A stretch of 32,293 bases of DNA from positions 1 through 32,293 of the IMG/VR virus record IMGVR_UViG_3300034407_001190. One strand, given 5' to 3'. The position numbers and the translations under genes were made by a program. The notes below the pieces were generated by a model. That model saw nothing but the letters and a program-made list of their open reading frames with translations, did no database searches and was not told the origin of the DNA. Shown here piece after piece: positions 16,801 through 23,377 of this stretch (the first letter of the stretch is position 1; each line of letters opens with the position of its first letter). The stretch comes from a virus (Duplodnaviria; Caudoviricetes).

Positions 16801-17481
16801 AAACATAAATCCAAGGACCCCCCCGCCATTTCTTTCGTATATTTTGTTGAAAGATTTCATTTCATCAGACATGCCATAGTTGTCCATGTTCTGAACAGCT
16901 GCAATATATTTATCTACATCTTCTGCTGAAGTTTCGCTACCTGACATGAATAATCTTCGAGCATCATCAATTGTAGCGCCTTGACCAATACCTTGAGCTC
17001 CTGCTCTGTACATATCACCAAAGAAATCAGTAACTGTATTTTTACCCAGCATTTCTTCCAGCCAGGTATTTTTTTCACCAGCTTCTACATTTGCACCAAA
17101 CTTTGTGCCCACGGGATTAGCGGGTAGTGGTTGTTCTATTAAAGGTTGGTTTAAAGAAGCAGGGTCTAAACGATTTATAGACCTATCGGGTGTATCCGAA
17201 GAACCAGGACCTTGAGGCGAAGGAGTCTCTCCTGCAGGAATTTGTGTGCCCGAATCCACGGGCTGTTGAGGTCCATCTCCAGAAAAATCTTTTTTTTTTA
17301 AGGGCATTAAAAACTCCCCAAACTGTTCCTCATCTTTAAAGACACCCTCTGGCACCATTTCAAACAATTCTTCAGTCCCTTCATCCTCTATAAATTCTTG
17401 AAGTTGCTCAACATCTCTAAAGGTTCCCTTAGGAACCATCGCGAATAAATCTTCTAATATTTGTAATTGAATCTCATTCAT
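10855..17481 (-). CDS. Giant internal virion/DNA-ejection protein (2208 aa)
   Basis: Last of three genes after the tail block. Glycine-zipper hydrophobic region (aa ~220-310), helical body, basic C-tail. No RNAP DxDxD motif seen. Confidence 0.7.
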   Translation of the reverse strand: MNEIQLQILEDLFAMVPKGTFRDVEQLQEFIEDEGTEELFEMVPEGVFKDEEQFGEFLMPLKKKDFSGDGPQQPVDSGTQIPAGETPSPQGPGSSDTPDRSINRLDPASLNQPLIEQPLPANPVGTKFGANVEAGEKNTWLEEMLGKNTVTDFFGDMYRAGAQGIGQGATIDDARRLFMSGSETSAEDVDKYIAAVQNMDNYGMSDEMKSFNKIYERNGGGVLGFMFGVAQNPSVIGQLFVSSVASMVNPEVLGGAAAGGALGATVAGGTGAIAGSIGGPIGSAIAGSIGAVGGGINGAILGASATLETGLAFTEFMKEEVDRAGLKFDQEGVRKILENPAALQSIKNKAMARGLVIGTIDAFTRGAASKIGGSTIKAAKAADKAITKGMKARAALKAAGIEAVGGAGGEATARAVTGQEMDVAEIGFEGITGQASSILSVPAAVSGMSLTDIGNNMVGKGKNFFKPPSYGYLTKKGTKMLMSKQDVEAAIDTMTDQEIIDSQFVIENDTALEQKYQDRRQEANLNQQTPDNLQGERKKRYIELLQEKSNIENPDTPENKERIKAIDEELDVIVKEAETDVGERVKLPDGLEKYFSVSQLEAIEALQKEGVENPSDEQVKNKQKELLKLAIEAAKKTAAEVDRFKNVKDLDDEEAKEQAKDQLISEGILEPTEQQINERANAIQESSATQVDVQESTPDSPEVGEGDAAGVVTQEGETQNQGVDKPIETQTQEEISVNVAPFFETSIESTTEAGGLRKSPQYQEYKQSLQNIADDLGVEIEIEESVGGYVNDAGTKIREVSNVVKLKQATLDQASQYAALTAALAPEVQESSIAAEYTTDGAENHNGNEITIKVSDSEGAFQALQEAGIDEYTLSETNNLLTLLDIFDFSDPDKDAKLEKLIDILDEKNITYEVSDKKAINSRFIDKKSRQQILSDGRQSAIQQQQEGSSFYKKIISAINRDAQKQGISPNEYIGSPTAPEVTADPNRVQNILNDIIKKTKGRKVGESTSPKKILNNTLKYLQNSKLYQQLNDTERNQLVRELNEKLGIKIKKAPSVNKLLGKPKDKKVVVNERVALKDQIKKEAKAARESAAAYKKALKNVTALIDGFGKKLGKIATPKVSAILKRFSATNPLSSKKSVDNFLTFVDDVFTKADYVERLNIARARAKKAKSQVGGAKTGVLPADLKAALKTLFSINPSLIPEAQLDSFIQLAKEYGSGRKVPALRKAQETLPQALDIINAVQENLNEDIDSIKAEPVPDDFDVDATVKNISEKQKTVSESELNNIPDERAREDARQIVKMTPEQMKQLDDSDLKVLEQIIDNIKNGYAGKAVTDIATKLNAIKSFNQINPIFKRFRMNKYVDAITNTYSKLKNRLAPLSPLSSIKEPRGFLTERIRSLSTFFVDDVFGNRNSKTIYNNTFGKLARSLETVKSKIKKLETKIDAAAKLLNTDGNRLGITRNALVKKKYKLRILQLQREHESNFVDGKPNAKAPAAIDFINKTLEAIESDGVLNKRDGEILNELKKEFEVDGQISLTKIENSLTAKEKKALALYDDVNNSLASEAEYIAANLHGVPVELYNNYSHRVVLQPDTEAKSTVQQLVDKVKNNVNSTKSKTIVERTNNAKPISFDPGFSAMRGAQETIMDYEMTQTLREVDGTLNRMKKDAKTGNKDSKQAVNAIIKAKNELVDIILKGTYTDTPSGNLSTMNLMRLGYQATLGSVYRMGAEIVANTGIMLKNPAMAARAFKNFGTWVANPKNVTAGFDAMTNLRSSQTSKLYNADVMESKHTQMSDYGGLDSKAGSATSRLNNVFGEILKYSGLKLTGRIVNTIASNIITFPDKAMSRPLWFGNWATNFEAQVKELTGEDVKITKKDFQEIADGTSRYLSPEFKEARDNATAIADGEVVTMATSNNAADAIIKNMRRTDDSAGMSIYRMANSYMARFSLYEFATARNAVFALFNKGDLSKAEAAGLLAGITFRMSAYMTVYSMLTSILDDELFDAEDDKNEDIEDVMARQLVGAVISLISRQSLGNIPVAGINYYIEESVNRNLLDDLRNGDEYDKYKHSIVFSQIGVEDLKKKSLEEIFVDTMAGPYGPIINTLSRLLKVGVSSQTAKKPETRQKAMDEIENRLILEVLGNLGLVPFYKDVRRVIVKDMFPPEAPKLSPEQQKRLKEIEKQKSKRRPQRKRSGDRRKTKNRRPKRVRVNRK

Positions 17482-17490
17482 AGTAGATGT

Positions 17491-19572
17491 TTATCTATTT
17501 ATAAAATCATTATAAGTCTTGCCTGGATTGTTCTCTTTCCATTCAGGATAAGTTTCCACAAAAGTTTGCGCACCGCCCCCTCCAGTTTTATTTACGGCCT
17601 CATTTATTTTATTAATAGCTGTCGCGGTGTAATTAGCCAAGTCCTCCATTGGAGTATTTCGTTTAGTAGTACCTAATTCTATCTTAACTGGATTACCCTC
17701 CGCGTCATTGTATGTAATGTAAGCCATCTCTGTTTGGACATACCTACCTGCTTTTTTATCTTCTTCTGTTGCTGGCTTCATTTCAACTTTAATCTTAGCA
17801 TTTGTAAATCCAGCTTGAGCAAAGTTCGTTTTCATGTTTTCATCAAAGAATTTACCCAGAGCTTTATTCATTTCTCTTTGTATTTCTGAAATGCTATCTC
17901 CAGCAGTTGTTTCACTCATGGATGTTTTATCTCTATAATATTCAGAAAGAGATTGTTCCCCTACAATTGCAGTAGAGCCTGTTAAATCTGTAGCACCTGG
18001 AGTAAATTCTTCCTCAAAACCTACTTTTCTATCTTTACCTCTATCACCTAATTTTATGTTTTCGTTTACTCTTTGTATTACTTCTTCTCCAGACAAGTCA
18101 TAACCTTCTTTATCTCCAAATGGACTTAACACATCATAAAGAGCACCTATATCTTCTTGTAATGAAGTTTGTTGAGAAACTTTATCAGTCTCATCATACG
18201 CTTGTCTTGTTATTCTTATTGGCTCTCTACCGTCAAACTCTACTAATATGATATCATCTGTAATATCAACGTTAGTAATTACAGGATTATTATTCTTAAT
18301 GTTTTGCTCGTTTCTTTGTTGTATTAACTTGTTTAAACGACCTTGCGCAGATTTTAAGTCTGTGTCAGTTAACACAACATTTAAATCTCCAAGGTATCCA
18401 TTTATATTCTCATCAAGAGTTTCTTTATTTATAGTAGCAGAAGTATCTTGTTGTTCTTGTTGACCACCAAGACCTGCGTTTACTTTAACAACTGAATCTA
18501 ATTGAGAGTTAATTTGATTCTTAGCTAACCTAATAGCTTCTGCTTGCTGCTCATCGGTTAATGTTACAGTTGGCGTTTGACCTTCTCCTGTGTTTACCAT
18601 TATTTTTTTAGGATTTTTTTTTGCAACGTCTGGGTCATCAGTAAAACTAAATCCTAAACCAGCATTTGTAAGATATTCTGCAGCTGCATTTACATCTGAT
18701 ACCACACCTTTTGCTTGTGATTCTAACCAGTTATCGAATGTCATTTTATTTCCCTGAGAATCAGTAAAGCCTTCACCTTCAACATCATCAAACAACTGTC
18801 TAAAATCCTCAATGCTCTTTACATCTTTACCTCCTGATAAAACAGAGTATGAAGTAATGGTTGAGGTTACAACCTCAGCTAAATTATTTGTAACTAAATT
18901 AGCTACGTCTTCGTTTAAGTCTCTTGCATTTTCTTGGTAGTTAATAAGGTTTAACATAGAAGCTGGAGTGGTGTAAGCTCCTGGATTTTTTTCACGACTT
19001 GGTAATCTGAATTGACCAGGGTTTTGGGGGTCTGGTTCCATTTCAACTAATAACAATTGACCAGTTGCTGGGTCAGACCAAAGCTTTTTATTTTTTGTAT
19101 TACCGAAACTAAAACCTGTACCTCTAAAAAACTCTTCAAGATTAGCTGCTTCTCCAGCTTTAATTCTCTCTATACCTTCTTTATATTTAGCGTCATAGTT
19201 TTTAGCATAGTTACTTAATGATTTATAACCATCTTTTTGCTGTTGCATTATAAGCATGTAGTCTTTAGGGTCTAACAGACCACGCTTAACTAAATCCATG
19301 TTTGCTTGTAATGTGTTTTTTGAAAAGTCAGAACCGTCTATAATTAAACTGTTCATAGATGGAGCTTGCAGGTCAGCTATTTCGCTGAGCTTATCCATCG
19401 CTGCATTGGTATCGTCAATTATTTGTTGTTTAGCAGCAGCTCTTGAGTCACGAATTCCTTCTAACCCTTTGGTTAAATCTACCGCAACCTGTCCCCAATT
19501 TACCGCCTCTTCTCTTCCCGTGTATAAAGAGTATTTATTAGAAGCTGTAGGTTTTTGTCTATTCTCTGCCAT
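17491..19572 (-). CDS. Internal virion/ejection protein (693 aa)
   Basis: Position between the small and giant ejection genes; N-terminal VNWGQVA..L followed by coiled coil; no Cys. Confidence 0.6.
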   Translation of the reverse strand: MAENRQKPTASNKYSLYTGREEAVNWGQVAVDLTKGLEGIRDSRAAAKQQIIDDTNAAMDKLSEIADLQAPSMNSLIIDGSDFSKNTLQANMDLVKRGLLDPKDYMLIMQQQKDGYKSLSNYAKNYDAKYKEGIERIKAGEAANLEEFFRGTGFSFGNTKNKKLWSDPATGQLLLVEMEPDPQNPGQFRLPSREKNPGAYTTPASMLNLINYQENARDLNEDVANLVTNNLAEVVTSTITSYSVLSGGKDVKSIEDFRQLFDDVEGEGFTDSQGNKMTFDNWLESQAKGVVSDVNAAAEYLTNAGLGFSFTDDPDVAKKNPKKIMVNTGEGQTPTVTLTDEQQAEAIRLAKNQINSQLDSVVKVNAGLGGQQEQQDTSATINKETLDENINGYLGDLNVVLTDTDLKSAQGRLNKLIQQRNEQNIKNNNPVITNVDITDDIILVEFDGREPIRITRQAYDETDKVSQQTSLQEDIGALYDVLSPFGDKEGYDLSGEEVIQRVNENIKLGDRGKDRKVGFEEEFTPGATDLTGSTAIVGEQSLSEYYRDKTSMSETTAGDSISEIQREMNKALGKFFDENMKTNFAQAGFTNAKIKVEMKPATEEDKKAGRYVQTEMAYITYNDAEGNPVKIELGTTKRNTPMEDLANYTATAINKINEAVNKTGGGGAQTFVETYPEWKENNPGKTYNDFINR

Positions 19573-19577
19573 AACTT

Positions 19578-20453
19578 CTAATATCCGTATAGTAATTTCT
19601 TAAGCTCTTCTAAACCTGTAACAGCTCCAATACTTCCTTGTAAATCTTTAAATCTTGCATCATCAGGATTAGCTGTAACAAACTCTTTAAATTTGTCTAC
19701 ATTTAAAGATTGACCATCACTTACTTGTCTTACTTCTTTTGGAGTTAATTGTAGTTTTCTTAACTTGTCAATCCTTGACTGTCGAGCTAACCCTGTTCCT
19801 CCACCAATTATATTACCTTGGTCATCTTTTTCTATTGTCTTAGCCAGGTCTTCATCGCTTCCAAATCTTGTATCTAAAGTGTTAGCTGCTCTATCTGTTT
19901 TTGAACTGCCGAATAAAGGCACTAATTGAGACGCCGACTGCGCAGCTTGTGCGGCGGAAGCAATACCCCCTTGAATACCCGAGGCATAATCTCTACCATA
20001 ATCTCTTGCTATCTGCGCTGCATCAGCTGCTGCACCAACCTCCATGTCAAGTAACTGTTGGTTTAATTGGTCTTTAGCTTTAACTTTCATTTGTTGGTTT
20101 TCATACAACGCATCTTGCATACCTGTACGTACAACCTCATTTGCTTGGGTAGCTGCTTGTTGTAAACCACCCATACCCGCTGCTAAATTTCTTGCATCTC
20201 CCTGTTGTAAAGCTGCTAAAGCTTGAGCAGCTACTTGTTGGTTTTGTTTATATTGATTATCAAATGCATCAATAGGAACATTGAGGGTTTCATAAAAGTT
20301 CTTCTCCGCTCTTTGTTTGGCTTTTTCCATTAAAGCCTTTTGTTCCCTTATAGCATTTTTTTGTTCTCTTTTAGCTTTAGCAGCTTGAGCAAAACTAACT
20401 CCTGTACCTGCCGCTGAAAGCGCTAATCCTACTGCCGCTATTACTCCTGACAT
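19578..20453 (-). CDS. Small ejection/pilot protein (291 aa)
   Basis: Hydrophobic Ala/Gly N-terminus followed by an Ala/Gln-rich coiled coil, typical of podovirus pilot proteins. Confidence 0.65.
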   Translation of the reverse strand: MSGVIAAVGLALSAAGTGVSFAQAAKAKREQKNAIREQKALMEKAKQRAEKNFYETLNVPIDAFDNQYKQNQQVAAQALAALQQGDARNLAAGMGGLQQAATQANEVVRTGMQDALYENQQMKVKAKDQLNQQLLDMEVGAAADAAQIARDYGRDYASGIQGGIASAAQAAQSASQLVPLFGSSKTDRAANTLDTRFGSDEDLAKTIEKDDQGNIIGGGTGLARQSRIDKLRKLQLTPKEVRQVSDGQSLNVDKFKEFVTANPDDARFKDLQGSIGAVTGLEELKKLLYGY

Positions 20454-20974
20454 AATTTTAAAACTTTATTTATTACTTTATTTGGCAGCTCCTTATAGCT
20501 TACCGCATATATTTCTTTTTCTGCCTCCTCTACTGTTTTTGCTTTTGTGTTATACACACATACCCATTTAGTATCTTCATGAGTATAAAATACTCTTTGT
20601 GTTCCAACAATAGTTTGCACAGTACGAGGCGCACTTAATGTTACTATCTTCCCTGCATCATTTAAAAACGAAACCTTACCTTCAAGTAAAAATGATGGAT
20701 GGTCTTGCTTATGTATAAACGAAACAATCACATGCCCCTGTGGCATAAATATTTCCCTCGTGTATAACCCTCCAGCAAAATGATGCTTTAAAGGGTATCT
20801 CTCTTTCATTAAATCCTCTTGAGGTTTTCCAAGTTCATGTGTAGCTGCGTCATCTAAAACAGATATCTGTTCACGAAACTCAGTTATTTTATCCCACAAA
20901 ATACCTTTATTATAGTGAACAGCATTTAATATATCTTCAGGCTTGTATTCTTGTGTTACCAAAGATTCTTGCAT
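20441..20974 (-). CDS. Cupin-fold protein (start likely ATG 20974)
   Basis: HHFAGGLYTREIFMP...IHKQDH..LLEGKV...GTQR...HEDT.W. The TTG at 20995 overlaps a promoter element, so the later ATG is preferred. Confidence 0.7.
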   Translation of the reverse strand: MQESLVTQEYKPEDILNAVHYNKGILWDKITEFREQISVLDDAATHELGKPQEDLMKERYPLKHHFAGGLYTREIFMPQGHVIVSFIHKQDHPSFLLEGKVSFLNDAGKIVTLSAPRTVQTIVGTQRVFYTHEDTKWVCVYNTKAKTVEEAEKEIYAVSYKELPNKVINKVLKLCQE

Positions 20975-20992
20975 ACTGTATACTATTTCAGA

Positions 20993-21000
20993 CAAAGATA
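20993..21000 (-). promoter_or_regulatory. Bacteroidota -7 promoter element TATCTTTG
   Basis: CAAAGATA on + strand, just past the stop of the tail gene and 18 nt before ATG 20974. No clear -33. Confidence 0.55.
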
Positions 21001-21008
21001 ATAAATTT

Positions 21009-21812
21009 CTATGGAAAACTTTTCATCACATTACTTCCTACGGAAAACATCTCTACCGCCGTATCAAGGTTGTTAGATAGTTTAAACTCCATATAGTATC
21101 CTCTCATACCATAAGATTCTGCAACTGTATTATTAGTGAATAAAAGAAAATCACCATTGACTGGGCCTACTGGAGTAGGTGGCGCAGGAATAGTTTCGTT
21201 GACATTAATAGTATTGTTGTCCCTATCAATACTTGTGATTGTTCCTGCAACTACTGGAGCCTGTCCATTAACTAAAGTGTAAAGCACTGCTCCTACACTA
21301 ACAATATTGCCTATTGGTTGACCTAAGGTTACAAGTCTATTTGTATTAGGACCTGTAGGTGCGCCTTGAACAGTCCCTAACCCATTAGCATAACGTAAAG
21401 TAAAATCTGTTACACCATCAAGATGTCTTACGTAAGCGAACCACTCTCCTTCTTTTTGTTCAAAGTGTATTGAATCTACATCACCTTGACTTAAATCTGT
21501 AGTTAAGGTCGTACAATCCCATACCTCGTTACTTTCAAACGAAAGTGTTTTAAATAATTTAATAGATAATGTTGGCTCTGGATTAAAAACACTCGTTATA
21601 GTTGAAGCGTTTGCTGGATTAGTACCAGGAACCCCATAATATTCGTTTCTATTATCATTAGTATTATGACGATAAAGATTACCTCGTTTAAACGTATATA
21701 AGTATGCGTTCATTCCAATAATATATTCAGGGAAAAATGAATAGAATGAAGGCCAGCCCTGATTGTCAGGATGGTATGTTAAAGTATATACGTTTGAAGA
21801 ATTTAAAGCCAT
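21009..21812 (-). CDS. Tail protein resembling the C-terminal part of nozzle/stabilisation proteins
   Basis: TL.Y....GWPSFYS..PE, YTFK.G.LY.H, KLFKTL..ES, F..KEG.WFA and GMRGYY. Confidence 0.6.
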   Translation of the reverse strand: MALNSSNVYTLTYHPDNQGWPSFYSFFPEYIIGMNAYLYTFKRGNLYRHNTNDNRNEYYGVPGTNPANASTITSVFNPEPTLSIKLFKTLSFESNEVWDCTTLTTDLSQGDVDSIHFEQKEGEWFAYVRHLDGVTDFTLRYANGLGTVQGAPTGPNTNRLVTLGQPIGNIVSVGAVLYTLVNGQAPVVAGTITSIDRDNNTINVNETIPAPPTPVGPVNGDFLLFTNNTVAESYGMRGYYMEFKLSNNLDTAVEMFSVGSNVMKSFP

Positions 21813-21816
21813 ATTT

Positions 21817-23376
21817 TTATATTAATATACATGATGAACCACTACACTCTGCAAGTGATGTAATATTATTTTGTGTTCCTACTTGCATTATACGGAACGT
21901 ACCTGTTGCAGTATCAGTGCTTGATGCTGCATAAGCATACCATCCACTTGTTAAAGTGCTACCCGATATTGTATCACCTATTGCTACGTTTATATAAGAG
22001 TCATTATTTGTTGTACCTCTTGGAACACTAATATTGTAATTGTTATTACAAAATACATTACAAGTATTACCTAATGCACTCATGTAGAATATTGTAGTTG
22101 GTGGAGTACAAGTGCTTATAGTTGCAGCTCCCCCTATACCAATAGTCATGTAAGTATTTACTCCTCCCCCTGAGCTCAAGTAATATATACCTGCAGTTAA
22201 AGGATTGTTACCAGCTGAATCTGAGTATACTGTGTCTCCATTTACTGGATTAATTCCACCACCATCGTGGTAATAAGTTTGTCCTGTAGCTGGAGCTGCG
22301 CCACCATCACAAATAGGACTAATAGATGATTGAATTACTGATGCGTTAAACGCTGTAAATCCGCCTGTATTAGTACACGCTGTTGACGATACTACAACAC
22401 CATTTCTTATCCCTAATGCTGTTGTGCTGTTAACTATTATATACCTTAATGCTGAAGTATCATTTACATAGTTAGCTCCATTTGCATCTGTAAACACCCA
22501 GTTCCCTACCTCAGGTATTGAATTACTATCTTTTGTAAAAGGAACTGTAGTGCCAGTAGCATTACGCGCAAAAAAGTATTGAGTAGTATTAGAGGTACAG
22601 TCAGTGACAGTTTGTAAAGCTGAACCACTAAAAGCAGGTAGTTCAACAGGACACAATATTTCCCACCTAAATTGTGTGCCTTGCATTGGCGCAAAAATCT
22701 CTACTTGTACTGCAGAAATAGTAGCAATTGTTTTTGGAACTACCATTGTAAATACAGGGGAATCTGTAGGAGTAGAGTTATCATCTGCAAACCCAACTTG
22801 ATTTGTATTAACAGTTATATTTCTTGTTCCTCCAGTCGCTACATAATTACCATTTACTAAGTTATATTCAGCTATATTATTATATGTTCCACAAAGTAAA
22901 TTGTTTTCATTACCTACGTATGACGGTGTATTTGCTTGTGGAGGTTGCTGATTGACACCTGCATAATCCACAGCACTATCATTACAATCTTCTAATGTAA
23001 CACCGTTGTGATTATACTTAGAAGTCATTCTGTTAACAGGGGTGTTATTCCAAGTAGCTACTGCTCCATCTGGTACTGAAGATGTCATATAAAAGTACAA
23101 TACTACAGCACCCGTGTTTGCACTACCTGTATCTATAGTTCCATTAAAATATCCAGGTTGGTTTGATGACACTGTTAATCCTTGTCCACATGGTTCAGCG
23201 CATTCTTCACAAGATTGCGCATTTAAAAGTACACCGTTTATTTGTTGCCTAACTATTCCATTTTGTGCATACCAACCGTCAGCAGCTACTTGCGTAAGAG
23301 CTGCATCATCGTATATAGTGGTTGCGTTTGAAAAATTCAACCCATCAAAATAAAATGTTCCGTACGTTACTGCCAT
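21817..23376 (-). CDS. Tail appendage/receptor-binding-like protein with Cys-bounded repeat modules
   Basis: T/N/G/S-rich beta protein; about four modules of the type YY...GD.VY.D..G...G.Y...G.V....C. Confidence 0.6.
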   Translation of the reverse strand: MAVTYGTFYFDGLNFSNATTIYDDAALTQVAADGWYAQNGIVRQQINGVLLNAQSCEECAEPCGQGLTVSSNQPGYFNGTIDTGSANTGAVVLYFYMTSSVPDGAVATWNNTPVNRMTSKYNHNGVTLEDCNDSAVDYAGVNQQPPQANTPSYVGNENNLLCGTYNNIAEYNLVNGNYVATGGTRNITVNTNQVGFADDNSTPTDSPVFTMVVPKTIATISAVQVEIFAPMQGTQFRWEILCPVELPAFSGSALQTVTDCTSNTTQYFFARNATGTTVPFTKDSNSIPEVGNWVFTDANGANYVNDTSALRYIIVNSTTALGIRNGVVVSSTACTNTGGFTAFNASVIQSSISPICDGGAAPATGQTYYHDGGGINPVNGDTVYSDSAGNNPLTAGIYYLSSGGGVNTYMTIGIGGAATISTCTPPTTIFYMSALGNTCNVFCNNNYNISVPRGTTNNDSYINVAIGDTISGSTLTSGWYAYAASSTDTATGTFRIMQVGTQNNITSLAECSGSSCILI

Positions 23377-23377
23377 A

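Noticed and set aside
10855-17481. Virion RNA polymerase as in crAss-like phages
   Set aside because: No DxDxD-type catalytic motif was seen; composition fits an ejection protein.
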